Source: an uncultured Bacilli bacterium (lineage in GTDB: Bacteria; Bacillota_I; Bacilli_A; RF39; UBA660). From it: DNA of 58,475 nt. The DNA lies in the NCBI GenBank assembly GCA_947586825.1, contig CANPXU010000005.1, positions 1-58,475 of the forward strand. Direction: 5' to 3'. The notes beneath the pieces were generated by a model. It did not search any database, was not told the DNA's origin, and saw only the letters and a list, made by a program, of their open reading frames with translations. Made by a program: the position numbers and the translations under genes. Below, piece by piece: positions 18,207-28,804 of this stretch. Numbering within the stretch: the first letter of the stretch is position 1; each line of letters opens with the position of its first letter.

Positions 18207-20414
18207 TTATTTCCAATGTTTGTTTTCTGTAACAGTACCATTTGCTCTAACACATACTTGGTGGAACTTACCTCTACCAGTTCTTTGATATCCAGGAACA
18301 TAAGAGTCTGAACTATATAGATAGTCAACGTCTGTCCATGTAGGGTTAGTAGTTAATACTGAAGAACTATGACACATATTATCTGCGCCTAAAGTATAAC
18401 CATAGTCACACTTGTTTTCTAAGAATTTAGCTTCTTCTTTAACATAACATAATGTACCTTTTAATTCAGCATTAGCATTTTCACAGTAGTACTTATCTTC
18501 AGAAGTTTCATATTTGTAACATTCAATATTCTTGCCACTACCAGATTGAGTATAACCAGTAGGACACTTAGTATATGTAGAACCACTTGCGTACTTAGCA
18601 CTTACAGTCTTAGTACAATTATATCCATTATCTGAATATCCAGATGGACAATTTTGAACAGGAACTGAAGTACCAGCTACTTTCATATAACATGTTGAAC
18701 CACTATCGATGAATCCAGCAGGACATGTACCAGGAGTTGAAGTTGTAACTTTATTTGTATAAGTATAACAATAGTTACCATTTTGAGTATAACCTGAAGG
18801 ACAAGATGTAGTAGTAGATGTAGTCTTGTTAACATATTTATAACAGTAATCACCATTTGGAGTATAACCTGAAGGACAAGATCCTTTAACAGTTGAAGTT
18901 TGAACAGCAGTTCTTATATAACAGTTAGAACCATTATCAGTATATCCAGAAGGACACTTAGGAGTAGTAGATGTAGTAATAGGGTTAGAGTATACTAAAC
19001 ATGTTGTTCCTGAAAGTGTTCCTTGAGAACATGTATAACGAATAGATCTTCTATAAATAGAGTAATTATATACAGTAGATACACCTATAGTTGTTTTACC
19101 TTCGAATACTTTCTTTTCAAGTTCGTGAGTATATACACTTTGTTGAGTAGGTGAGCTGTAAGTACTTACTGGGTTACCCCATGGAGTATAACTCTTAACA
19201 GCACTAACTTTCTTAACACACTTATCACCAGAAGGAGAAGTACCAGCAGGACAAGTTGTAGTAGTTGAAGATGTCTTGTTAGCATATTTATAACAATAAT
19301 TACCACTTTGAGAGTATCCGTCAGGACAAGTTGTCTTAGTTGTAGTTGGTAATTTTTCTCTTATATAACAATTTGAACCATTATCAGTGTATCCAGCAGG
19401 ACAAGAACCTGTAACAGTTGAAGTTGTAACTGGGATTCTATAATAACAATTAGAACCATTATCAGTATATCCGTCAGGACAATTAGAAGTTGTAGAACCT
19501 GCAGATTTACTTGCATAAATGTAACAGTAATCACCAACTCTATTATATCCAGCAGGACAAGTTGTTTCGTAAGTTGTTATCTTATTAGCAGTAACAACAC
19601 ACTTATCACCTTGTAATGTACCTTCAGTACAATAATATGAACCATCAGTTGTATCAACAATAGGATCAACGTATACTTTATAAGGTTCACCTTTATTTAC
19701 TTTAGCATTTTCAACAGTTGTAGTTGGGTTAGAATATACAGGAGTAGGAGCTTTAGCATCAGATGTTTCCATTGTACAAACTGAACCACTTATATTATAT
19801 CCATTTGGACAAGATACAGATCTTTTAACATATTCATATTCATATGTTACAGTACAAGTTGTAGGTATTTCTTCTACAGTACATTTGAAATCTTTACAAT
19901 ATACTGTACTATCATTACCATTATCTTTATCTTTTTCAACGTCTAAATCAACATTATCTTTATCTTCATCAACGATAGTATTACCATTTTCATCTTCAAC
20001 AGTAGTAGATGATTTGATTTTTTCAACAGTACTATCTGATTTACCAGGACAAACTAAGTTAGATTTAACACGATATTCATCTGTACCAGTTTTAGTTATT
20101 GAAATATAACTTTCTTCAGTATCACACTTTTCGTTGCCGTATTCTAAATCATCGATAGCGCCCATTTCAATAAGTTCTTGTAAACTTGTTTGTAATGAAC
20201 CACCAACTTCGTCAGGTAATTGACCAGCAAAGAATTCTTTAGCTGTTTGGTGTAGTAAATTTAAGTTTTCATTAAATTGTTGATCGTTTTCAACTGTTTT
20301 ACTACTATTAGATTTATTTACTAAGAAAACGATTAAAAAGATAATAATTAATACAGCTATTACGCCGACTAAAATATTAATTAGTCGAGAACTTTTATTA
20401 TTTTTATTATACAT
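18207..20414 (-). CDS. Membrane-anchored Cys-rich repeat surface protein (pilin-like head plus 16 CPxGY...C-type repeats)
   Basis: SD GGAGG 8 nt before ATG 20414; N-terminal TM; repeats counted by hand. Confidence 0.85.
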   Translation of the reverse strand: MYNKNNKSSRLINILVGVIAVLIIIFLIVFLVNKSNSSKTVENDQQFNENLNLLHQTAKEFFAGQLPDEVGGSLQTSLQELIEMGAIDDLEYGNEKCDTEESYISITKTGTDEYRVKSNLVCPGKSDSTVEKIKSSTTVEDENGNTIVDEDKDNVDLDVEKDKDNGNDSTVYCKDFKCTVEEIPTTCTVTYEYEYVKRSVSCPNGYNISGSVCTMETSDAKAPTPVYSNPTTTVENAKVNKGEPYKVYVDPIVDTTDGSYYCTEGTLQGDKCVVTANKITTYETTCPAGYNRVGDYCYIYASKSAGSTTSNCPDGYTDNGSNCYYRIPVTTSTVTGSCPAGYTDNGSNCYIREKLPTTTKTTCPDGYSQSGNYCYKYANKTSSTTTTCPAGTSPSGDKCVKKVSAVKSYTPWGNPVSTYSSPTQQSVYTHELEKKVFEGKTTIGVSTVYNYSIYRRSIRYTCSQGTLSGTTCLVYSNPITTSTTPKCPSGYTDNGSNCYIRTAVQTSTVKGSCPSGYTPNGDYCYKYVNKTTSTTTSCPSGYTQNGNYCYTYTNKVTTSTPGTCPAGFIDSGSTCYMKVAGTSVPVQNCPSGYSDNGYNCTKTVSAKYASGSTYTKCPTGYTQSGSGKNIECYKYETSEDKYYCENANAELKGTLCYVKEEAKFLENKCDYGYTLGADNMCHSSSVLTTNPTWTDVDYLYSSDSYVPGYQRTGRGKFHQVCVRANGTVTENKHWK

Positions 20415-20436
20415 TTCCAAAACCTCCTTTTACTTT

Positions 20437-22245
20437 TTATCTATCTAATGACCAATTGTTTGTTATATTTTCGTCTATTACGAATGAATATATAGCATTT
20501 CTTTCATTACCAATGAATGTACCACCTTTAGCATCTATGTACATAAATGAAGCTAATTCTTCAACACATAGAGAACCATGAGTACCATCTATTCTTGGAC
20601 CACTACCATATATTGGACCAAGGTTTTTAGCGGATGTAAGATAAAGTATTCTGTCTTGGTTAGCAGTATACATACCAGCTATAACGTAGTGAGTTGATAC
20701 TGGGCTGTTTGGACAAACAGAGAAGTTAACAGCTTCACGACATACAAGTTCATTCATAACTTTAGCATAAACAAATGCAACATCTTCATTATCAAAATAA
20801 ATACCTGTTAAACAAATTTCAGCAGCTTTATAAAGATCATAGCCTCCATCGACTTTAGCGGAAGCAAATACGTCTATTGATAAATCGTTATCTGTTACAG
20901 TCATTATAATATCTTTCATTTGTTGTTCACTAATAACGATATCATCTTCAGGTGCTCTTTGAACTAAAGCATCAACGCCAACAACTGGAGCAAGTTTACC
21001 AATAAAGTAAGTAGCGGCACACACTTCATCACGATCAGAGAAATGAGATTTTTCTTGTAATTTGTCATAGTTTGCAAGTCTTAAAGCATACATAATATCA
21101 TCGACAGAAATATTGGCATCACTTGGAAGTTTAGCTTGAATCTTACAAGCAAAGTCAAATAGTTCATCATAGTTATCCATGTTAATGTTTTGGGCTAGAA
21201 GAAGATCATCAATTATTTCTTCAGTAGAAGTTGGTTCAGTATTTGTTGGATCTGTAGGAATATTATCAAGGTCAGTAGTATTAATACAATGACAGATAAG
21301 AGCTGCAATAAATGCTCCAAGTAAACCAGCACCAATTAAAGCAAAGATAGTTTTTAATAAATTGTTACCTGATCTTCTTGTAGTTTCAGGAACATCGTCT
21401 CTAGAAACTCTACCAGTTACAGCATGACGATTTACTTGATTTCCTCTAATGCTTCCTAGATAATCATTAAATTCAGCATATTTTGTAACATATTCTTGGA
21501 TTTTTGGATCATCATTATTTAAATCATAACAATCCATGTAATCTTTTCCAGCTTCAGAAATAATGGTATTGATTTTCTTTTTCTCTTTTCTACTTAATTT
21601 AATAGTAGTGTCATTTAATATATCAGAAGCTTCTCTTTTACAACTAAACATTGTTTCAAGCATTTCTGCTTTAGTAACTGTACGTCTCATTAAAGTAGTT
21701 TGACACATTTGAGCAATGCCTTCATACTTATCATATAAAACATCAAGTGTATTTTCATCAGCACCATTTAAGATTGTTTTAATATCTTCATTAATCTTAT
21801 CACTAGTAGCGTTTAAAATAGCTTTAGAAGTATCATTAATTGAAGGATCATCATTAATCTTTTTGATACTTTCTTTACAAGAAACTATCATAGCAAGTGT
21901 ATCTTTAGCTTTATTACCTAATGGTAAACTATTTATTTTATTAAGTTTATCTTCAAGGCTAGCATCAGATATTAAATCATTATATGCTTGATCAATAGCA
22001 TTTACAATTGGCATAGCCCAATCAGCTGCCAAAGTAGCAAGACTTTCATATCTGTTTTTGTATTCAGTGAAGTCATCATCATCTCTCATAGCTGAAATAT
22101 CAGCGTAGTCCTTATCAATTTGTGTTTTAACTTTCTTTAAATTTTCTTCTGTAACCTTTGTTACATCAAATGTTTTATCTTTTAGATAAGCGCTAATTAC
22201 TGCGTCACATCTAAATAATAAACCTAGTATCTCCATTTTATTCAT
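20437..22245 (-). CDS. Hypothetical single-pass membrane protein
   Basis: SD AAGGAGG before ATG 22245; central TM LLKTIFALIGAGLLGAFIAALIC. Confidence 0.75.
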   Translation of the reverse strand: MNKMEILGLLFRCDAVISAYLKDKTFDVTKVTEENLKKVKTQIDKDYADISAMRDDDDFTEYKNRYESLATLAADWAMPIVNAIDQAYNDLISDASLEDKLNKINSLPLGNKAKDTLAMIVSCKESIKKINDDPSINDTSKAILNATSDKINEDIKTILNGADENTLDVLYDKYEGIAQMCQTTLMRRTVTKAEMLETMFSCKREASDILNDTTIKLSRKEKKKINTIISEAGKDYMDCYDLNNDDPKIQEYVTKYAEFNDYLGSIRGNQVNRHAVTGRVSRDDVPETTRRSGNNLLKTIFALIGAGLLGAFIAALICHCINTTDLDNIPTDPTNTEPTSTEEIIDDLLLAQNINMDNYDELFDFACKIQAKLPSDANISVDDIMYALRLANYDKLQEKSHFSDRDEVCAATYFIGKLAPVVGVDALVQRAPEDDIVISEQQMKDIIMTVTDNDLSIDVFASAKVDGGYDLYKAAEICLTGIYFDNEDVAFVYAKVMNELVCREAVNFSVCPNSPVSTHYVIAGMYTANQDRILYLTSAKNLGPIYGSGPRIDGTHGSLCVEELASFMYIDAKGGTFIGNERNAIYSFVIDENITNNWSLDR

Positions 22246-22489
22246 AATCAAAACCCTCCTTTTTGATTTATTGGCGCCTATTCTAACACATAATAAAGCA
22301 AAAGTCAAATATTATATGCCTGCCTTAATTAAATAAAATATTGAAAAAAACATATATCCCTTTATCTATGGGGATTTCTTGGCGAATACTCTAACGCAAA
22401 CTAAATGGAAAGTCAACACATTTTTGACACAATATTTTGTGATAGCTAAAAGCAAATTTATGATATATAATGTTGTTAGGTGGTAATAA

Positions 22490-23047
22490 GTGTATAAATA
22501 CATAATAGGTAAAGTAACCATGCAAAGCTCTAGTTATATTGTTCTAGAGTGTAATAATATAGGATACCTTATATATGTAGCTAATCCCTATAGCTACGAA
22601 CTTGGCACTGAATATAAGGTATATCTATATAATAATGTTAAGGAAGATGAAAATTCTTTATTTGGCTTTAAAAAGGAAGAAGAATTGGAACTTTTCTTAC
22701 GACTTATTAATGTTAAAGGCTTAGGCCCTAAGATGGCTAATGTTTTCTTCGCTACAGGTTCTGTAAGTGGAATAGTAGATGCTATAAATAGAGAAAATAT
22801 TCTTTATTTAACTAAATTTCCACGAATTGGCGAAAAAATAGCAAAACAAATAATATTAGACTTAAAAGGTAAAATTGCTATTGAAACAGATACTAGTGAA
22901 GAAGAAAACAATCGTGAAGATTTGATAGCAGTATTAGAGTCACTAGGCTATAAAACAGGAGAAATTAAGAAGATTATCAAAGATATTGATGAATCTTTAT
23001 CAATTGAAGAGCAAGTAAAGGAAGCTTTAAAGCTTTTATTAAGGTAA
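22490..23047 (+). CDS. ruvA: Holliday junction DNA helicase subunit RuvA
   Basis: SLFGF, LINVKGLGPK, FPRIGEKIAKQIILDLKGK. Confidence 0.95.
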   Translation: MYKYIIGKVTMQSSSYIVLECNNIGYLIYVANPYSYELGTEYKVYLYNNVKEDENSLFGFKKEEELELFLRLINVKGLGPKMANVFFATGSVSGIVDAINRENILYLTKFPRIGEKIAKQIILDLKGKIAIETDTSEEENNREDLIAVLESLGYKTGEIKKIIKDIDESLSIEEQVKEALKLLLR

Positions 23048-23050
23048 AAT

Positions 23051-23572
23051 ATGGTAATAGGAATTGATTTTGACGATACATGTGTAGATACATGGCGTAT
23101 TATTAAAGAAAAGTATAAGACTTATTATCCGGGATTTACAGTTGATTTACCTGAAAATTCTCCTTGGGAAAAAGAAAAAATCATTATGAAAGATCATTTA
23201 GAAGAAATGGTATGGGGTGTAAACATCTATGAAGGACTTAAGGAGTTTTTAGATTATTGTCAAAACCATCATATTAAAACAGTATTATTAACGGGACGTG
23301 GGGGAGATTTAAAAGAAATAATTGAACCTACTAAAGAATTTATTAAAAAACATAACTTGCACTTTGATGAAATGGTCTTCAACTTAGATAAAAAAGGGGA
23401 AATATGTCAAAAATATGGCGTAGATTTAATGATTGATGACAGCAAAAGCATTCTTGATGATGTAGCAAAATATGGCATTAAGACTTTACGCTTTGGCATA
23501 AAAGACGACAAACATGATTATGTATTATCATGGCGTGATGCTCTTTTATATATAAAGAAAGGAGATTTATGA
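23051..23572 (+). CDS. HAD-superfamily 5'(3')-nucleotidase-like protein
   Basis: IGIDFDDT motif I, LLTGR, MIDDS. Confidence 0.7.
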   Translation: MVIGIDFDDTCVDTWRIIKEKYKTYYPGFTVDLPENSPWEKEKIIMKDHLEEMVWGVNIYEGLKEFLDYCQNHHIKTVLLTGRGGDLKEIIEPTKEFIKKHNLHFDEMVFNLDKKGEICQKYGVDLMIDDSKSILDDVAKYGIKTLRFGIKDDKHDYVLSWRDALLYIKKGDL

Positions 23573-24567
23573 GGATAGTAGATACAGCGGAACTTTCAGA
23601 AGATTCATTTGAAAAAAGTATTAGACCACAAAACTTGGATGAGTATGTAGGTCAAGAAGAAATAAAAGAAAACTTAAATGTTTTTATTAAAGCGGCTAAA
23701 ATGAGAGGAGAAGTACTAGACCATACTTTATTATATGGTCCTCCGGGAATGGGAAAAACAACTCTTGCTCATATTATCGCTAACGAAATGGGTACTAATA
23801 TTAAGACAACATCAGGCCCAGCTATGGAAAAACCAGGCGATTTAGCAGCTGTATTATCAAGCTTAGAACCAGGTGATGTCCTTTTTATTGATGAAATACA
23901 TAGACTTCCTAGCTATATTGAAGAAATATTATATCCAGCGATGGAAGACTTTGTTCTTGATTTAGTCATTGGTACAGAAGGCAAAAGCAAAAGTATCAGA
24001 ATAGACCTTCCACCTTTTACTTTAGTCGGAGCAACAACTCGTTCCGGAGATTTAACGGCTCCATTACGAGATCGTTTTGGTATTATTGATAAGCTTGAGT
24101 ATTATACCGATGAAGAGCTTAAGACAATTGTTAAAAGAACAGGTAACGTTCTAGGCATGGAAATCGATGACGATGCAGCTTTAGAGTTAGCCAGAAGAAG
24201 TCGTAAAACCCCAAGAATTGCTAATAGATTATTTAAAAGAGTAAGAGACTTTGCTTTAGTCGAGGGTGATGGTCATATATCACTAGACATAACTAAAAAG
24301 GCTCTTAAGAAGCTTAAGGTTGATGAACTTGGCCTTGATAATCTTGATATTGAATATTTAACTAGTTTAATAACTAAGTTTAATGGTGGGCCTGTGGGAG
24401 GAGAAACAATAGCTACTTCCATAGGAGAAGAAATATCCACTGTTGAAGATGTTATTGAACCCTTCTTAATGCAAGAAGGATTTATTAAAAGAACTAAAAG
24501 TGGTCGTATAGCTACATCAAAAGCTTATGAACACCTTAAAATTGCGCATAATCATTCATTATTTTAA
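23569..24567 (+). CDS. ruvB: Holliday junction DNA helicase RuvB
   Basis: [32 protein letters not shown]. Confidence 0.97.
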   Translation: MRIVDTAELSEDSFEKSIRPQNLDEYVGQEEIKENLNVFIKAAKMRGEVLDHTLLYGPPGMGKTTLAHIIANEMGTNIKTTSGPAMEKPGDLAAVLSSLEPGDVLFIDEIHRLPSYIEEILYPAMEDFVLDLVIGTEGKSKSIRIDLPPFTLVGATTRSGDLTAPLRDRFGIIDKLEYYTDEELKTIVKRTGNVLGMEIDDDAALELARRSRKTPRIANRLFKRVRDFALVEGDGHISLDITKKALKKLKVDELGLDNLDIEYLTSLITKFNGGPVGGETIATSIGEEISTVEDVIEPFLMQEGFIKRTKSGRIATSKAYEHLKIAHNHSLF

Positions 24568-24581
24568 AAAAATTGCAAAAT

Positions 24582-24617
24582 AAAAAAGGAAATTTGACCT
24601 TTATCGGGTATATATAA
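24582..24617 (+). promoter_or_regulatory. Conserved upstream element, copy B (before the Bro-N pseudogene)
   Basis: 32/36 identical to the reverse complement of 14645-14680. Confidence 0.6.
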
Positions 24618-24679
24618 ATATAGAGGGAGTAAATATAGCCCTGATAAAGGAGGTTTTGATTATTGATAATCAAAATAAA

Positions 24680-25309
24680 ATGTATTTAATAAATAAAATA
24701 TTCAATAATGAGACGATTAGAACAGTTTGGGATAAGGAAGAGGAAAAATATTTTATTAGTGTAGTAGATGTAAAAAATAAGCTATCAAAAGTCTAGTATT
24801 ACTAGACAGTTGAAACTCAAAGATCAATCGATTTGTATAGAGCCAAAGAATATGACGAAAAATGGATTGCCCAAAAAATTCAGAATGTTCAAAGTCGCAA
24901 GAGTCTTACAGATATATGGCAATAAAATGGCGTTCATGAAGGCAAAGAGTTTGCTATATTAACTAATGAAATTTATAAAACTTGATCAGGAATGACTGCT
25001 AGTTAGTATAAAGAATATAAAGGGCTTAGAAAAGAGTCTTTAAGAGATAACATGGATAACATAGAAATATCACTAACAGACATAAGTGAAGAAGTAACTA
25101 AGAGATTAGCAAGTAAAACAAAACCCCAAGGTTTACAGGAAAATATTAAAGTTGCTAGACTTGGTGGTAAGGTTGCTAAGAATACTAGAAATGAAATAGA
25201 AGATTTACTTGGACAATCAATTGTTACTAAAGAAAATAAATTAAAATACGCATATGTTAATGAAAATAAAGAGATAGAACTAAAAAAAGGAGGATTAATA
25301 TGCTTTTAG
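24680..25309 (+). pseudogene. Decayed Bro-N / phage-antirepressor-like gene; 25052-25309 is its open 3' fragment
   Basis: IRTVWDKEEEKYFISVVDV, then after a deletion or frameshift RKSLTDIWQ*NGVHEGKEFAILTNEIYKT*SGMTAS*YKEYKGLRKESLRDNM with three in-frame stops. Confidence 0.75.
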
Positions 25310-26136
25310 ATGGAAAAATGGTACGTGATGCTTTACTTGAAAATGCAAAAGAAGAGATAGAAAGAGAAAAACTAGATCTAACTCTTGCTATAATTTATGT
25401 AGGGCATTATGAACCCAGTGAAAAATATATTAAAAACAAGAAAAAATATTGCGAAAAGGTAGGAATTAAGACTGCTATTTATGAGATGCCTGATGTAAGA
25501 AAAGAAGAAGAGATTATCTCTTTAATTGAAGATTTAAATAAAGATAATAGTGTAAATGGTATCATCTTACAAAGTCCAATTCCTAAAGGTTTAGATATTG
25601 AAGAGTGTATCAAACATATTGATCCTAAAAAAGATGTAGATGGCTTTACCAAAGAAAGTTTCTATAAATTAGCTCATAACTTACCAGGATTAAGATCTTG
25701 TACTCCTAAAGGAATTATCAAACTTTTAGAGTACTATAATATTGACCTAAGTGGTAAGAAAGTATGCATTATAGGAAGAGGAAATATTGTTGGTAAACCA
25801 CTTATATTTGAATTTTTAAACAAAGATGCTACTGTTACTATAGCTCATAGTAAATCTGGTAATTTAAAGGAAATAACATTAAATAGCGATGTTATTGTTT
25901 CGGCTGTAGGAAAACCTCATATTATTACCGAAGATATGGTTAAAGAGGGCGCTATAGTAGTAGATGTAGGAATAACTGTAATCGATGGCAAAATCGTTGG
26001 AGATGTTGATTTTGATAATGTAAAAAATAAATGTTCTTATATAACTCCTAATCCAGGTGGAGTAGGTCCAATGACGATTGCTGTGATTATTCAAAATGTA
26101 ATAGATGCTTATAAAGGAGGTAATATTGATGGATAA
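25300..26136 (+). CDS. folD: Methylenetetrahydrofolate dehydrogenase/cyclohydrolase
   Basis: [33 protein letters not shown]. Confidence 0.95.
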   Translation: MLLDGKMVRDALLENAKEEIEREKLDLTLAIIYVGHYEPSEKYIKNKKKYCEKVGIKTAIYEMPDVRKEEEIISLIEDLNKDNSVNGIILQSPIPKGLDIEECIKHIDPKKDVDGFTKESFYKLAHNLPGLRSCTPKGIIKLLEYYNIDLSGKKVCIIGRGNIVGKPLIFEFLNKDATVTIAHSKSGNLKEITLNSDVIVSAVGKPHIITEDMVKEGAIVVDVGITVIDGKIVGDVDFDNVKNKCSYITPNPGGVGPMTIAVIIQNVIDAYKGGNIDG

Positions 26137-27361
26137 AGCATTAAAAATGGCTCTTAGAAAAGAGCGAAAAAGACAAGAAGAAAATATTGAACTTATTGCA
26201 TCAGAAAACTATGTTTCTAATGATGTATTAAAAATGCAAGGAAGTATTTTAACAAACAAATATGCTGAAGGATATCCTGGTAAAAGATATTATGGAGGCT
26301 GTGAAAATATTGATGAAATAGAAAGTTTAGCTATTGAATACGCTAAAAAGTTATTTGGCGCTAAATTTGCTAATGTTCAACCTCACTGCGGAAGTTCTGC
26401 CAATATGGCAGTATACCGAGCACTTCTTAAACATGGGGATAAAGTAATGGGAATGAATCTTGATAATGGCGGACACCTTACCCATGGCCATAAATTAAGT
26501 TTTAGTGGTATTGATTATGAAATTGTATCTTATGATGTTAATCATGAAACCCAAATGCTTGATTATGATGAAGTAGAAGCTTTAGCTCTAAAAGAAAAGC
26601 CTAAAATGATTATCGCCGGAGCTTCAGCTTATTCAAGAACCATTGATTTTAAACGTTTTAGAGAAATAGCTGATAAAGTAGGAGCTTATCTTATGGTGGA
26701 TATGGCTCATATCGCAGGCCTAGTAGCCGCGGGACTTCATCCTTCACCAGTTCCTTATGCTCATGTTGTTACATCAACAACCCATAAAACTTTAAGAGGA
26801 CCAAGGGGAGGCTTAATCCTAACTAATGATGAAGAAATAGCTAAAAAGATTAATAAAACTGTTTTCCCTGGTATACAAGGTGGACCACTTGAACACGTAA
26901 TCGGCGCTAAAGCTGAGTGTTTTTATGAAGCTTTACAACCAGAATTTAAAATTTATCAAGAGAATGTTTTAAAAAACATTAAAGCGTTAGCTACTTCTTT
27001 AGAAGAAGAAGGTATAAAGATTATTTCTGGGGGAACAGATAATCATTTAATACTAATAGATGTTAAATCTTCATGTAATATCACAGGTAAAGATGCTCAA
27101 AATCTTTTGGATACAATATGTATTACTACTAATAAAAATGCTATTCCTGGTGATACAGAAAGTCCAATGATTTCTAGTGGTTTAAGACTAGGAAGTCCTG
27201 CCATGACAACAAGGGGACTTAATGAAGATGAATTTAGAAAAATTGGTAAAATAATTGTTAAAGCTTTAAAAAATAAAGATAATGAAGAAATATTAAAATC
27301 ATTAAAAGAAGAAGTACTAGAACTTACAAGCAAACATCCTCTTTGGTACGATGAGGTGTAA
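26129..27361 (+). CDS. glyA: Serine hydroxymethyltransferase
   Basis: [34 protein letters not shown]; SD AAGGAGG before ATG 26129. Confidence 0.97.
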   Translation: MDKALKMALRKERKRQEENIELIASENYVSNDVLKMQGSILTNKYAEGYPGKRYYGGCENIDEIESLAIEYAKKLFGAKFANVQPHCGSSANMAVYRALLKHGDKVMGMNLDNGGHLTHGHKLSFSGIDYEIVSYDVNHETQMLDYDEVEALALKEKPKMIIAGASAYSRTIDFKRFREIADKVGAYLMVDMAHIAGLVAAGLHPSPVPYAHVVTSTTHKTLRGPRGGLILTNDEEIAKKINKTVFPGIQGGPLEHVIGAKAECFYEALQPEFKIYQENVLKNIKALATSLEEEGIKIISGGTDNHLILIDVKSSCNITGKDAQNLLDTICITTNKNAIPGDTESPMISSGLRLGSPAMTTRGLNEDEFRKIGKIIVKALKNKDNEEILKSLKEEVLELTSKHPLWYDEV

Positions 27362-27367
27362 CTTCGT

Positions 27368-28804
27368 ATGGAAGTAAAATTATTAGGTAGTGCCTCTAAA
27401 GAATTTATAGATGAACAATTAAGAATTTGTGCAGGAGCAGGTAAACTATCAAGAATGAAAGGCAAAGTACAAGATGCCTTAGATAGTTTTGCAACCCCTG
27501 AAGAAGCTTTAAAATTTATCAAAAGAGTTATTAAGATGGGACATACTTCAACTATTGATCATGATTATATGGTTTTTGCTTTATCTGAAGTAAGTCCAGC
27601 AATTGAGCAAACGATAATTGCTGAAAGATTTTCTTCTTTTACAATTAAATCGCGAAGAGAAGTAGATTTTAGAACGGTCGGATTTTACACTCCTGATTTT
27701 CATGATAAAAACGGCAATTTAGTTTCTAATAATGATGAATTAAAAGAAAAATATAATGCTCATATGCGTTACTTATTTGATAATTATTCTATCTTTGTTG
27801 ATAATGGCATTAATAAGGAAGATGCTCGATTTGTCTTGCCTTATTCTTATCATGCTGAAATAATCATGGGACTTGATGCTACTGCTTTAGCTAGAATGAT
27901 AATATCTATGACTAAGGGAGTGCATTCAAATGTAAGTGAGTTTAGAGAATTTGGCGAAAAATTAAAAGCTATTGCCGAAACGAGAGCTCCATATCTAGAA
28001 ACGGTAATTGAAAATAGTGAGGTAACTAATACTTCAGAAATAGAAAATATACTTGATGATTATGTTAAACCAAGAAATTATAAGACTACCGATAAAGTAG
28101 AATTAATTAGTTATACCAAAGATGTTGATAATATACTTTTTATAAATGCTATTTCTAGAATTTATGGATATACTTTTAAAGAAGCCAGTAAAATCTATAA
28201 AGACGAAATAGATGGCAACGAAGAGTTAAAGAAAAAATTGATGAAAGCTATTTGTGAAGATGAAACTCATGAAGATTTAAAACAAGTTAATTTCCGTTTT
28301 AATCTAAGTGTAACCTTTGCTGTTCTTACACACTATACACGTCACAGAAGGCTTTCTTTATCAATACCAGCGTTCGTTCCTAATATTGATGTTACAAAAT
28401 ATTTAACTCCTCCATGTATTGAAGAAAACGAGAAATTATTTAAACTATTTAAAGAAATATTTAAGAAAAATGCGGAAATATATAATGAATTTTTAAACAT
28501 GGGTATTAGAGAAGAAGATTTAATTTATTTCACTTTATCAGGTAATCTTGTTAATATAACCATTAATTTTGATGGTGAAGCATTAAGATGGATATGTCGT
28601 TTAAGAATGTGTACTAAAGCTCAATGGTGTATAAGATATGCTGTTAACCAAATGCACGATGAAGTTGCTAAGGTTTCAAAATATTTTGCTATGAACTTAG
28701 GACCAGATTGCGTAACTAAACATAAATGTGGGGAAGGCAAAGAATCATGTGGCCGTATTAATGCTATATTAAAAGCGTTAGGAGAAGAAAATGAGCAAGG
28801 GTAA
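27368..28804 (+). CDS. thyX: Tandem two-domain flavin-dependent thymidylate synthase
   Basis: GHTSTIDH, KSRR, EDARFVLP in the N-half; TRHR and LRMCTKAQW in the C-half; lies between glyA and tmk. Confidence 0.8.
   Translation: MEVKLLGSASKEFIDEQLRICAGAGKLSRMKGKVQDALDSFATPEEALKFIKRVIKMGHTSTIDHDYMVFALSEVSPAIEQTIIAERFSSFTIKSRREVDFRTVGFYTPDFHDKNGNLVSNNDELKEKYNAHMRYLFDNYSIFVDNGINKEDARFVLPYSYHAEIIMGLDATALARMIISMTKGVHSNVSEFREFGEKLKAIAETRAPYLETVIENSEVTNTSEIENILDDYVKPRNYKTTDKVELISYTKDVDNILFINAISRIYGYTFKEASKIYKDEIDGNEELKKKLMKAICEDETHEDLKQVNFRFNLSVTFAVLTHYTRHRRLSLSIPAFVPNIDVTKYLTPPCIEENEKLFKLFKEIFKKNAEIYNEFLNMGIREEDLIYFTLSGNLVNITINFDGEALRWICRLRMCTKAQWCIRYAVNQMHDEVAKVSKYFAMNLGPDCVTKHKCGEGKESCGRINAILKALGEENEQG

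Noticed and set aside
24920-25020. Stop-codon reassignment (TGA at a Trp position)
   Set aside because: TAA and TAG also interrupt the same frame, and TGA ends intact genes (e.g. 2516, 23572); this is pseudogene decay
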